Shown piece after piece: positions 25,710-37,799 of a DNA stretch of 64,000 nt (positions are counted from its first letter, which is position 1; every line of letters starts with the position of its first letter). Origin of the DNA: Eledone cirrhosa. Its lineage: Eukaryota. Under the pieces are notes generated by a model, which did not search any database, was not told the DNA's origin, and saw only the letters and a list, made by a program, of their open reading frames with translations. A program made the position numbers and the translations under genes. The stretch covers positions 98,642,001 to 98,706,000 of the forward strand of contig OZ024746.1 of the NCBI GenBank assembly GCA_964016885.1, read 5' to 3'.

Positions 25710-25760
25710 ATAGGGTGAAAGCAGCGATTCTTTGCTTAAACTTTAATCTGTACTAATAAT
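25710..25760 (-). mobile_element. Fragment of the Helitron-like repeat
   Basis: Reverse complement of CAGATTAAAGTTTAAGCAAAGAATCGCTGCTTTCACCC found at ~55012 and ~30319. Confidence 0.55.
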
Positions 25761-25958
25761 GAATATTTGTTCTTTGGGTTTATATATATTTTTTATATAT
25801 ATATGTCCCAAGGCTCTGATACCATCAACACTATAAACACAGAGCTGGCATATCTAAGAACTGACTAACTGCCTGATGAGGTCATAGCCACTCAATGGCT
25901 ATCATCGAAATATACATAAATAAAGGATTATGAGTTCATGCAATTGACTTATGTTTCG

Positions 25959-26008
<50 letters not shown>

Positions 26009-26069
26009 ATCCTTATCGAGACCTCTTCGGATTTTGGTCTTCGTAATTATTATTATTATATATATATAT

Positions 26070-26250
26070 ATCCACACTGCAAATGTGGTTGATGTTAGGA
26101 AGGGCATCCAGCTGTAAAATACCCACCCAAATTTACAGTCCTTGCCGGAGCAAGGTGCAACATGGCCAACCATGGCCAGACTTGCCTTCCGACACATGGA
26201 TACCCGTCTAATCCACCCAATCATGGAAAAATAGAAGCTAAACAGTGATG
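26070..26250 (+). mobile_element. RTE-tail fragment
   Basis: GTTAGGAAGGGCATCCAGCTGT motif; related to 15510-15685. Confidence 0.65.
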
Positions 26251-26266
26251 TTGATATATATACATG

Positions 26267-26310
<44 letters not shown>

Positions 26311-26581
26311 GCATGCACATATGTGTGTGTATATATGGTACTAATGCCAGTGCTGGCATTATTATCATATATACATACATACATATATGTGTACACATAT
26401 TGTTTAGGAGTTTTTTTTCTTTCTTGGCCTGTTGTAGTCCTGTATCCAGAGCTTGGAAATGTAGATGTGCACTAATTCTGAATTGTCCTATCTATTGCAT
26501 GAAGCTTCTTCAGCTTTGGTTATGAAACTTAACAAAAATTATTTGTTTTCATTTTATAAATTCATTTCTTTTTTCCATTAG

Positions 26582-26607
26582 TGAATTGATGTGCTTTGTA
26601 ACAGCTG
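26582..26607 (+). CDS. Candidate 26-nt microexon
   Basis: ~65-nt AG-free pyrimidine-rich acceptor TTTTCCATTAG and donor CTG|GTAATG; single open frame ELMCFVTA. Confidence 0.4.
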
Positions 26608-26914
26608 GTAATGTCATCGATTGTCATTCATTTTAAGCATGACTTTGTCGAGAATAATTAAAAAATAAAATAGAAAATAGATTTGAGAAACACCAAGTTT
26701 AACTTTTCTGGCATGTTATTACTGAAATGTTTATCCTTAAAACTGATCCACATAAAATACTTAATGCTTTTTGATCCTTTTGATAAGAAATGCCCGAAGC
26801 CCTGGTTCTCTGATACAGAACTGTTTATTCTGAAGTGTTTATATTTATCTAAAACCTTTCCATCATAATTTGATGTAAGAATCTATGTTACACAATGTTC
26901 CCAACACCTGTTTA

Positions 26915-27182
26915 TCCCTTTAGCATTTAAACCGGCTGTATCCATCCAGAATTCGCTCACCTTTATCTGTTCAAACCGGCTGTGTTCAGCCAGAATTCTC
27001 TCACCTCTTTCTGTTCAAACTGGCTGTAACCGGCCACTCATACTGATATTAAGATATTGTTCTCAAAATAAATATCAAAATTTCATAGATTCTATATTAT
27101 GTAAGATAATTATGTGAGGTAAAGTCTTTACTACAAAAATATAATAGTATAAATAGAGTAATGTAAAATGCTAAAGTGTTAA
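26915..27182. mobile_element. MITE A with an internal ~46-bp duplication
   Basis: Family body; CCAGAATTC...TTCAAAC occurs twice. Confidence 0.75.
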
Positions 27183-27788
27183 TAAAGAGAAAGTTAGTTA
27201 TATTACTATTTCTTTCCAAATTCTTGATTATTTTTTTAATTATTTAAAAATTCATAAGTGGTGTCTGTCTTTCACTAGAAATATGGTGTCTTCACATATT
27301 TATTTAGAACTTTATCATATATTTCTTAAGTTTGATGTAGCTATGTTTTGCCCCAGATCATAAATAGACTTTTCTTAATCAATCCTTTGTTTAAATAGAT
27401 CACATAGTAAACTTTTAATACATTCTACCATTACCCCTGATAAAAGTGTTCTAATATTAGAGCTGTGTGGTGGTGCCACTGGTGCTGCTAATTCAAAATA
27501 ACTTGACAGTAAAAAAACATTATATGAATTTAGAATGCATTTACTCTTGTGGGCAATTAAAATTCCAAGAAAAAGTGGTTGCATGTGGGAATCAATGTAA
27601 TCAAGGGATTTATTTGAATCAAACAATTTACCATAACAAAAGCATCTAAGACTTTCCACTATATTGCTGTTAAGAACCTAACAAGAGACTTGAAATCATA
27701 AGTCTCAAGCTGCTAATCATCCACAGTTTTTAACTCTTTTGATACCAACCTACCAACTCTGTTTCTGTTTAACCAAACCACCCATTTA

Positions 27789-28107
27789 AACCTTTAACAT
27801 TTAAGTCGGCTGTATCCGGCCAGAATTCTCTTGTCTGTGTTCAAACTGGCCATAACCGGCTGCTATTACTTATGTTAAATCCCGCCGAGGTTGACTTTGC
27901 CTTTCATCCTTACGGGGTCGATAAAATAAAGTACCAGTAATGCACTGGGTAATTGCTGGCCTTGTGCCTAAAGTAGAAACAATTACTTATGTTAAGGTAT
28001 GGTTCTCAAAATAAATAATTTCAAAATCTCATAGATTTTATATTATGTGAGATAAAGTGTTTACTGTGAAACTACAATAGTATAGAGTAATGTAAATGTT
28101 AAAAGGT
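27789..28107. mobile_element. MITE A containing a 5'-truncated SINE A (27879-27981, plus)
   Basis: SINE flanked by a 14-bp TSD ATTACTTATGTTAA (27865-27878, 27982-27995). Confidence 0.85.
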
Positions 28108-28461
28108 CATCTAAAAAAATAGTGTAATGAGGTTGTTTGCTTGCAAACGAATCAAATATTATTATTATTCGATATAAATCTTACGAATACGTTTATGCAT
28201 CCGCTATGTTAGAGCAAAAAAACAAATTCCAATTTTGCTTTTAAGATTTCTTAGCTGATCCCCAAAGTCAGCTTTGTTTTTATCTGGTACTTTATTTTAT
28301 CGACCCCGTAAGGATGAAAGGCAAAGTTAACCTCGGCGGGATTTGAACTCAGAATGGCAATAATAATACCAACAACAATAATGATGATAATCCATTTTGT
28401 TTCTACTGCAGAACATTAAATTTATTCTTTTGTCAAAGTATATTTGACACCAATTCCTCAA

Positions 28462-28755
28462 AGTCTCTGGGTCTCTTGCCGGTTGGTTTTGCCTGTAAAT
28501 TCTGTCCAGCAATTCTTTCCTGAGACATTCTAACCACATGCCCATCGTATCGGAGCTGTGATACGGGCAAGAGATCCAGTGGTAGACCCCGAGCAAGATG
28601 GTTGGATAACATCCATGTGCTTGGCTGGTCATGCTTGGGAATCCAGCCAGATCAGTTGAAGACAGTTGCTTCTGACAGGACCTGCTGAAGGGAGTGTTTG
28701 AGGACTCTGCCCCCACAACCCTCTCAGGAATAAGTAGGTGAAGAAGAAGAAAAGA
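28462..28755. mobile_element. RTE family 2 3' end with an inverted 5' part
   Basis: 28462-28560 is minus-strand GHVVRM-region sequence; 28580-28755 is plus-strand GRPRARW region plus (GAA)n tail. Confidence 0.7.
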
Positions 28756-28886
28756 TAATCAAATTCTTATGATATTCCTTCCTAGATTCATTTTTAAAGA
28801 AGTTTGTCCAGTTTAAATTTTCAGAAGGCTGTCAACCACATCGTTTATTTTTGAAGGAATATTTACAATAATGAATTAAGTGTTTT

Positions 28887-29510
28887 ACATTTAAACCAGC
28901 CATATCCGGCCAGAATTCTCTCACCTCTTTCTGTTCAAACTAGTCATAACCGCCCACTCATACTTATGTTAAGGTTTTGTTCTCAAAATAGATAATACCA
29001 AAATCTCATAGATTCAGTATTATGTGAGATAAAAAGCCTTTACCACAAAAATATAATAGTATATATAAAGTAATGTGAATGCTAAAGGGTTAAGCTTTAT
29101 TTCTCTGCACAGATTTAACCCTTTAACATTTAAACTGGCCATATCCAGCCAGAAGTCTCTGACCTATTTCTGTTCAAACCGGTTGTAACCAGCCTCTCAT
29201 ATCGATGTTAAGGTATTGTTCTCAAAATCTCATAGATTCGATATTATGTGAGATAAAGCCTTTACCATGAAAATACAATAGTAAATATAGAGTAATGTAA
29301 ATGCTAAAGGGTTAAACCGGCCGTTTCCGACCAGAATTCTCACCTCTTTCTGTTCAAACTGGCTGTAACTGGCCGTTTATACTGGTGTTAAAGTATTGTT
29401 CTCAAAATAGATAATACTAAAATCTCATAGATTCGATATTGTGTAAGATAAAGCCTTTACCATGAAAATACAATAGTATATATAGAGTAATGTGAATGGT
29501 AGAGGTTTAA
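28887..29510. mobile_element. Three consecutive MITE A copies
   Basis: Bodies at ~28887-29093, 29116-29335 and 29335-29510. Confidence 0.8.
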
Positions 29511-29982
29511 GCTTTATTTCTTCACACAGATTTAAGCTTTATTTCTGTACACAGATTTTTAAAAATGTATATAAAATCAGTGATGTTCTTTGTCATATAA
29601 AACTGTTGACTATTTGAATATGTTCTGTTGTCTCTTTTCTGTTATAGAAGTAAACTCTATTTGAATCCAGAAATGTCAAGAGTTGTTATGAACAGCTGCT
29701 CTAAATTTACACTAAATAACTATTTCAAAAACAAATTCCACTGAGTGCAATACATGTGTCTGCGTGTATCTGGGTGTGAGTACATGCACACACGGATATG
29801 TTAACTAAATACTATTGTCGCAATGTCTTTGATAAATGTTAAACTTATAATCTCTGTGACAGTTTTAACTAACAGTAAAATTTAATGTCACCATGATAGA
29901 TGCCTGTCATTTTTAGTTGTGAGTCTTTGTTACCTAGGTGATTTATTAACCCTTTAGCATTTACATAACTCTCTATATACTA

Positions 29983-30300
29983 CTAGCAGTGTATCCATGC
30001 ATTGCACGGGTAAGAACATTGGTAATAGCACCTCCAATGAGAAACGTTTATTTGTGAGTGCCTGTTTAAAACTCACGAACATATACCGACAGGAAACTTG
30101 TTTTATTTGGAGAAAATTAAGAAGTTGAAAGTACAGTTTAGCTGTCTACGTGTATTGTTCATACAAACTGCTTACCTCGAAGATTTATTTGTCAATGCTC
30201 CGTTTAGTTGGTATTTGTTGGTCTACAGTTAGATGAATGGCGCACAAAGGGTTAATGTTTATTGGCAAGAAGTGTAACTGGGCTGGCTTGCCTCGTTTAT
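29983..30300 (-). mobile_element. Helitron-like 3' terminus, truncating a MITE A
   Basis: Minus strand has the hairpin CCGTGCAATGCATGG followed 8 nt later by CTAG-T. Confidence 0.5.
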
Positions 30301-30304
30301 ATTA

Positions 30305-30510
30305 TGTATTAAAATAACAGATTAAAGTTTAAGCAAAGAATCGCTGTTTTCACTCTTAACAGGATCTTCTGAAACTAAAAAAATCAATCTGTGAACGCAG
30401 AAGTAAATATTTCGAAAAACGTTGCAACCGAAGGAAAACAGGAAGACGATACTTTGGTTCGTGAAGGCGTTCCCTGGCAATGAACAGAAAATAGCGAACA
30501 TAATACGTCA
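30305..30510 (+). mobile_element. Helitron-like dispersed repeat
   Basis: Aligns with 55001-55205. Confidence 0.6.
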
Positions 30511-30659
30511 TCAATGTTCGTCAGAATGTCGTATTGCAGACAGCCAGGCATACAGACAGATATTATAAGAGCACGACGGAGATAGATAACCGGCGCCTAA
30601 CACCTCTTTAACAACAGAAAATTGAAAAATAAAAGCTGCAGTTAATATCTTTAGACCGC

Positions 30660-30810
30660 AAGGTGTGTGCTGGCCATTGTCCACGGGAATACTTTTGCTG
30701 TCTTCTCTGCAGGGCGCAGCCCCAATACAGCCATGCTGCATCACCTCCTTCTCCCCCCTCCCCATTCTTCTGGGACACTAGAACCCTTGCCTTTCCCTTC
30801 CTTTTCCATT
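30660..30810 (+). mobile_element. CRE-like LINE 3' fragment
   Basis: LAIVHGNTFAVFSAGRSPNTA matches the 19106-19471 peptide. Confidence 0.55.
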
Positions 30811-31328
30811 TTTACATCTTATTTTAGATGCCATTCTTTTTTGTTTGAAGGGCCCCTCAAACCTTAAGTTCCCCGGGCCCTGCCAAGATCTAAACCCAAT
30901 CCTGTAGGCGATGCCCTTTCTCTTCAATAAATTGTCATTAGTTTACAATAGTCTTTTTCTTCTCTGAATTCTATTTGTCTAGTGTTATTGATTTTTTTTT
31001 TTCTACACTACATTTTGTTTTTGTTTGAAATAGGCCAGGTTGCCAGCCACCTGAATGCAAAAATTCTAATGTTTCTTTAGTTCTTTATAGACTATAATAA
31101 AAGTAAAATTCATGTAAAATTCTTTGAGAAAAATATTCACCAACTCTCATGCTGTCAGTAAAAGAAAAGCTTGCTATGTTCCTCTATGTATGTGTTAATA
31201 ACCCTTAACAATTTGTGATCTATTAGCTGTAAAAACAGAATTGTTGGCTAGATAACAGTAAATTTTTCTATACATGAAAGTTTATGTGGCTGCTTACAAG
31301 ATTATTTTTATTACCTTGTTTCCTACAG

Positions 31329-31343
31329 TTTTCGTTGCCATGG
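31329..31343 (+). CDS. Candidate 15-nt symmetric microexon
   Basis: TTACCTTGTTTCCTACAG acceptor and TGG|GTATTG donor; (V)FVAM. Confidence 0.35.
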
Positions 31344-31642
31344 GTATTGCAATATAAATCAATAATGTAGACAGCTCAATAGATTTTTCCCTACCATTGA
31401 TAGACTTTTGAACCAGAAATTTCCTTTCCTAAAAATATTCATATATATTCTTTATTTCAGTTATACAATTAGATTTTAGTTTTCTGCTCATAATTTTGTT
31501 GTTTTTTGCCTGTGTATCTTTTATGTGATCTAAGTTTTGAAAACTAAATGCATATATATATTTATATATAGTTGTTTCCACATTTGTATAGACGTGTGTT
31601 CATACATTTTTTTCTTTATCCCTCTCTTTATATATGTTTGTG

Positions 31643-31850
31643 TCATCATCATCATCGTTGTTTTTACGTCCGTTTTTCTTTTTTTTTTCCATGCTTGCAT
31701 GGGTTGGACAGGTCCTTCTCAGCAGGGCATCTCTTCACTTGCTGTGTTTCTATGTTATCTGTTCTGTAAGTCTCAGTGATTTGAGGTCAGCTCTCACATC
31801 CTATGTCCAGGTTTGGTCTACCTCTTCTGTGACTTCCTTCCACTGGCATT
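31643..31850 (-). mobile_element. RTE 3' end
   Basis: (CAT)n tail; homologous to 3120-3305 and 49818-50100. Confidence 0.7.
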
Positions 31851-32236
31851 TATATACATGTGCATGTTTGTGTGTAAACTAACAAATATATAACTTTATG
31901 TAAATCATGTAGCTTATAAAATGCACACAATCACGTTAGCTAGTATTTCATGTATCTCTACATACACTCTCTCCCCATCTCTGTCTGTCTCTCTCTCACA
32001 CACATTATATATGTATCTCTCCAGCACTGGTTTGTGTATATATATATATCAATATATTTGATATCTTTTTTTTATTGATTGATTTGATTGATTAAGTATT
32101 GGAAAGTAATTGAAGTTAAGTAACTCAACTTGGAATCAAATCACCTGAGAAGATTCAACTTATTATTAAGTCATCGGAGAACATTCTATGTACAAAGCTG
32201 TTGCTTGACACCATTTTACTGAACTCACATGAAAAG

Positions 32237-32940
32237 TTAACCCTTTAGCATTTACATTACTCTATATATACTATTGTATTTTCACAGTAAAGGCTTTACC
32301 TCACATAATATCTCACATAACATTTACATTACTCTATATATACTATTGTATTTTCACAGTAAAGGCTTTACCTCACATAATATCTCACATAACATTTACA
32401 TTACTCTATATATACTATTGTATTTTCACAGTAAAGGCTTTACCTCACATAATATCTCACATAACATTTAAATTACTCTATATATACTATTGTATTTTCA
32501 CAGTAAAGGCTTTACCTCACATAATATCTCACATAACATTTAAATTACTCTATACTATTATATTGTCACAGTAAAGGCTTTACCTCACATAATATCTCAC
32601 ATAACATTTAAATTACTCTATATATACTATTGTATTTTCACAGTAAAGGCTTTACCTCACATAATATCTCACATAACATTTAAATTACTCTATACTATTA
32701 TATTGTCACAGTAAAGGCTTTACCTCACATAATATCTCACATAACATTTAAATTACTCTATATATACTATTGTATTTTCACAGTAAAGGCTTTACCTCAC
32801 ATAATATTGAATCTATGAGATTTTGATATTATTTATTTTGAGAACAATACTTTAACAAGTATGAACAGCTAGTTATGGCCAGTTTGAACAGAAAGAGGTG
32901 AGAGAATTCTGGCCGGTTACATCCGGTTTAAATGCTAAAG
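32237..32940. mobile_element. MITE A expanded by an internal 72/68-bp tandem array (8 units)
   Basis: Unit starts at 32249, 32321, 32393, 32465, 32537, 32605, 32677 and 32745. Confidence 0.9.
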
Positions 32941-33016
32941 TGAGACCAGTCAAGCTCATGGATGTTATCCAACTATCTTACCCACGGCCTTGCTCCCTCT
33001 CTCTTTTTTTTTTATT

Positions 33017-33146
33017 TGCAATGTAAACACATATGGCACTGCTTGTTGGGAGGGAAGGAGGTTAGATCAGTTATCAGTTAACGGATCTAACCTCCCCCCT
33101 CCCTCCCAACAGTTCAACAAGCAGTGCCATATGTGTTTACATTGCA
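33017..33146. repeat. Near-perfect 130-bp palindrome inside a minus-strand RTE fragment (32941-33255)
   Basis: 32-bp perfect outer arms (33017-33048, 33115-33146); inner arms 33044-33068 and 33084-33111. Confidence 0.9.
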
Positions 33147-33255
33147 GATCTCCTGCCAGTTGGTTTTGTACATAAAATCTGTCCAGTGATTCTTTCCTGA
33201 GACATTCTAACCACATGTCCATAGTATCGGAGCTGTGATCTCTCAATTCAGAGAA

Positions 33256-33461
33256 GCATTTAAACCGGCCGTATCCGGCCAGAATTTTCTCACCTCTTTC
33301 TGTTCAAACCAGCTGTAACTGGCCACTCATATATATGTTAAGGTATTGCTCTCAAAATAAATAACATCAAAATCTCATTATGTAAGGCATTATATAAGGT
33401 AAAGCCTTTACTATGAAAATATAATAGTAAATATAGATTAATATAAATACTAAAGGGTTAA
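33256..33461. mobile_element. piggyBac-type MITE A
   Basis: Family body, end AAAGGG-TTAA. Confidence 0.8.
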
Positions 33462-33669
33462 AGAAATTTAAATCTATATGATAAAACGGATTTTATTTTA
33501 GTATGCTGCATATTTATCAGCTTATGTCAGAACTATAATTAAACCTGCATAGTTTGAATGCATATCTATTCTTAAAAAGTTAGTTTTGTGATGCCATTTC
33601 TTTTTTTAATTTAATGTTTCAATTTTTGCAATTCTTATTTTTTTTATTTATTTATATTAAAGAGAATGA

Positions 33670-34062
33670 GTAATGACTGAAAGAATACAATGACGAACAC
33701 AAGTGGCCGAAATGGGGTTCCTCCGAAGTGTCTTTGGAGTAACGTTATTGGAGAGAGCTCAGAGATGAGAGAGTCACTCCAGGTAGAGCTGCTACTTCTC
33801 CAAATTGGGAGATCACAGCTCCGATACTATGGACATGTGGTTAGAATGTCTCAGGAAAGAAAAGCTGGACAGATTTTACAGGCAAATCCAACCAGCAGGA
33901 GACCCAGAGGTAGACCCTGAGCAAGATGGTTGGTTAACGGGTCTCACTAGGGGATCCAGCTGGATCAGTTGGCGACAATTGCTTCTGACAGGACCCACTG
34001 GAAGGAGTGTTTGAAGACTCTGCCCCCCACAACCCTCTCAGCAATAAGTGGGCAAAGAAGAA
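33670..34062 (+). mobile_element. RTE family 2 3' region
   Basis: MRESLQVELLLLQIGRSQLRYYGHVVRMSQER...RRPRGRP. Confidence 0.8.
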
Positions 34063-34297
34063 GTATCTGGTTTTGGTTCAAAGTTTAAAAATGTGTCCCT
34101 TTATATTTGATTTGGGAGGCATCTTCTCTATTAACAAGTGAGATTGAAGTCAAGAGATTGTGGTTTGTTTTAAAAGGTTGCTGCAGTTGAACTCGTTACC
34201 ATATTTTTAATAAGACACTGCCTATGATTTTCAAATTATTTTGAAAATAATTAAGAATGTGGAGGGATTCTTATTTATCTTTTATTTGGAGCATAAC

Positions 34298-34516
34298 TTA
34301 ACCCTTTCATGACAGCATTTTTAATGAAATAGTCTATTTTAATGAATTAATGAAAAATTTTGAGAGATTTACTAAAATGATTAATTATTTTATTACTAAG
34401 ATAACTCAATGTAAGGTTCTTATATAAAATTATGTTGGAGGATTTTAATTTAAATTGTAAATCTTTAAAATAGGTGGTTTTATTTGTTAGAAACAGAGCT
34501 GTAACTAAAGGGTTAA
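34298..34516. mobile_element. piggyBac-type MITE B
   Basis: TTAA-CCCTTTCATG ... GTAACTAAAGGG-TTAA. Confidence 0.8.
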
Positions 34517-34689
34517 AGATTATTACATGAAACTATGATGGAAGTTTTTTTTTTAGAGAAATATATATGCTATTAAATTAACAGGTTTGTGCCATACAGT
34601 CAGGTGTAATTCAGTCATTTTGGTAGCAGAAGGGTTTGTGTCTATATGTGCAATGCCCAAATGAGTATCCTCCACCTCCAACTATCTAC

Positions 34690-34860
34690 TCTCTGCCTCT
34701 TGGTCTCGGCCGACAGGATGGAGAATACATTGTCCCTCAGGACAGCGAGGGAGGCATGCTGGAACAGTCTCTACACCTTGTGGGGCTCGCACCTATGGGC
34801 AGCCAGCTCCACCCCAATAGCAGTAAGCAGGGATGTGGTCAAGGGGCCAAGATCAAAAGG
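34690..34860 (-). mobile_element. CRE-like LINE 3' fragment
   Basis: Minus frame LGPLTTSLLTAIGVELAAHRCEPHKV*RLFQHASLAVLRDNVFSIL. Confidence 0.55.
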
Positions 34861-35149
34861 GTTAAGGTATCATCAGTAGTTCCTACTTTCACTTGACAAA
34901 CATACTCAGCAATGGTCAGCCCTTAATCAATTAGCTGTTAATAAGTACTGTGGAAAGGCAACAATTTCTCAATACAAAGAGTGGATGTTTTCCGTTATCG
35001 GCTTATTTACAAATAACACGCTGTTGTCTCCCTTTATTTATTGCTCCGTTTATTACAGGTAAATACAAATAAATAAATAAGTGTTGATGTTCTCTCTCTT
35101 TCACTCACCACCTTCGTCTCTCTTGCTCTCCCTACCTCTCACTATCACC

Positions 35150-35452
35150 GATAGACAGAATAGAGAAGGTATTTGCATGGAGGATGGTGAGGGAGATGTG
35201 TTCAAAGAGCCGTTCCAGCTCACATAGCTCACACCTACAGGGAGCCAACTCTGTGCTGATGCTAGTGAGTAGGGAGTTGGTCCAAGGACACTGGAGGTCT
35301 TTACTGCTACAGGGGGTGTTGATGGTGGGAAGTAGGGAGATGGTCCTAGGGCCAGGGACACCGGAAGTCTCTACTGTTATGGGGTGCTGATGGTGGTGAG
35401 TAAGGAAGTGGTCCTAGGGCCAGGGACACCAGAAGACCCTACTGTTATGGGC
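35150..35452 (-). mobile_element. CRE-like fragment with about three 68-bp tandem units
   Basis: Same unit as 43084-43478. Confidence 0.65.
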
Positions 35453-35577
35453 TCAACCGCAAACCTGTTAAAGAGCATTGGATTATTCTATATGATAGAG
35501 AAGTGTCTTACCATCTTATTAGTAAGGTTAAGAATGTTAGCAAATAAATATTCTGTAATTTATAGATATTGGATATA

Positions 35578-35800
35578 GGCACATAGCTTACGGGTTAAGG
35601 AGTTGGACTCGCAATCGTGAGGTTGCGAGTTCAATTCTCGGACCGGATGATGCATTATGTCCTTGAGCAAGACACTTTATTTCACATTGCTCCTTCTGCC
35701 ACAAGTTGCGATCGGTAGATAGTATCAACAATAGAAAGACTAATGGAAACATTGTTTCCTTGGTCCGATTTGCCAGATCCAGTCCACTTGGTAAGCTAAT
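35578..35800 (+). mobile_element. CORE-like tRNA SINE
   Basis: GAGTTCAATTCTC B box and GTCCTTGAGCAAGACACTTTATTTCACATTGCTCC. Confidence 0.75.
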
Positions 35801-36132
35801 GAGGTCTGGGATCTTGTCGATTGTTCTCTTTCTCTCTTTTTCCGTTACTTTTACAGTGGCTATCAAATATAAGTCAATTGCAAAGCTTCTGTATTATGCC
35901 ATAACATTTTCCAGCTAGTGAATTATGACAATGTTATCTTCAAGATCTGATAACATTGAGTGGGTTGTTAGCTACCAACCATTCACAGGCACAATTCTGC
36001 TACTGTTCAACATAATTAGAGATTTCCATGTCAGTAAATGTATTTATTTAAATGCTCACTTTTATAACCAAGGAAAATTAGCCAGGGATGCCATCTGCAT
36101 AAAAAAATAACAGTTAAGTTAGGCTGTCATAC

Positions 36133-36347
36133 TTAACTCTTTAGCATTTAAACTGGCTGGATACGGCCAGAATTCTCTCACCTCTTTCTATTCAAACTGG
36201 CTGTAACCAGTCCCTCATACTGATGTTAAGGTATTGTTCTCAAAATAAATATCATCAAAATCTCATATATTTGATATTATGTGAGATAAAGCCGTTAGCA
36301 TAAAATACAATAGTAAATACAGAGTAATATGAATGCTAGTAGGTTAA
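36133..36347. mobile_element. piggyBac-type MITE A
   Basis: TTAA termini and body; a further partial copy at 36860-37009. Confidence 0.8.
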
Positions 36348-37354
36348 ACGTTCATTTTTATGACCTAGGAAAATTAATCAGGGATGTTATCTGCATAAAA
36401 TATAACAATTAAGTTCGGCCATCATACTTAATGAAACAAGAAAAGAGAGTAAATTAATAATATTATATGTATAGCTTGCACTGTAGTACATTCCTTTCAT
36501 CAACTGTTGACTGGAGATCTCTGATTTTAGCACCTTCCGACATTATTGTTCCCTCCAGTAGTGCCTTGCTGTGCTCCGGGCCAGATTTAATGGGAGGGCA
36601 AAGGGGGTTGCTGATATTGTTTTAATTGACCTCAGCGGAATTTGAACACAGAGCATAGAGAACCGGAACATATACTATAAACATGGCTGGATTTAATGGG
36701 GAGTAAAGGCGGCAATTGCCCTGGGCTCCCTGCAGTGGAGGCCCCACCAGTGATGGCCATAGTAATTTATTTGTGCCCTCAGCTGGGCATTTTAGTTTTA
36801 GAATGGTTAGAATTTTTTGAATTTAATACCTGTATGGATAACTTTTCAATACCAATTACTTTGATAACTTTGATATGTTGATTTTGATGTTATTTATTTG
36901 GAGAACACTACTTTAACATTAGTATGAGTGGCTAGTTACGGCCGGTTTGAACAGAAAAAGGTGAGAGCACTCTGGCTGGATATGGCTGGTTTAAATGCTA
37001 AAGGGTTAACACATCCCCTGTAACCCCTTCCAACATAGAAAAGGTAATGTTGGGGATGGTGATGTATCTCTGAAGCTGTCATAAATCTGACAGAATTAAG
37101 CCACCAAATCAATAGCTTTTATTCTGGTTTGTGCCAAACAATTATTTCCCAATTTATAAAATTTGAAATAGTTTTTATGTTCAGAAACATGTAATGTATA
37201 ATTTATAGTTATAACATTTTGAAATTTTCTATATTTTATTAAACATTTGATCTTCTGCAATAGTCTCTTGTGCTTTTTGTCTCTTGATTGAGAGCTCTGT
37301 TAGGTGTGTTCCTTTTAAGGATTTGTGTATAATTTCAGTAGTTTCCTTTATAAT

Positions 37355-37536
37355 TGTTTCTACTTTTGGCACCAGGCCAGCAATTATCCCAGTGCATTAC
37401 TGATACTTTATTTTATCGACCCCGTAAGGATGAAAGGCAAAGTTAACCTCAGCAGGATTTGAACTCAGATCGTAAAGGGACGTAACTATGCTGAAAAGCA
37501 TGTCTGACTCCTTACCGATACTGCCAATTCACCGCC
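37355..37536 (-). mobile_element. Full-length SINE A with TSD
   Basis: CAGTA(G/A)TTTCCTTTATAAT at 37336-37354 and 37537-37555. Confidence 0.88.
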
Positions 37537-37799
37537 CAGTAATTTCCTTTATAATGTCAGCCAGTAATCTTAGATTTTATATCTGAAATCTCTTTTGTAC
37601 TATCAACATTTCTACACATCTTTCTAACTGAAAAAGAAGACTTTAGAAATATTGTTTTCTTCGTCAGGCTGACAGCCAGTTTTGTATGGAATGGGTATTG
37701 ACTTAGTCTTCTATTGTAATTCCATTCACATCTAGGATGCTTTGTAGGGATATTAAATTGACCCAATACTTGAAAGATAATTTATTTTATTGGCTCTGG

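Noticed and set aside
15249-31070. Other acceptor-like sites (15248, 20283, 22653, 29647, 31033)
   Set aside because: Good pyrimidine tracts but only weak or no donors nearby; indistinguishable from AT-rich background without RNA data.
36577-36750. GC-rich GGGCC-type fragments (also ~22255 and ~30850) as promoter or CpG island
   Set aside because: Short, CpG-poor and recurrent; more likely degraded DNA-transposon ends, too eroded to classify.
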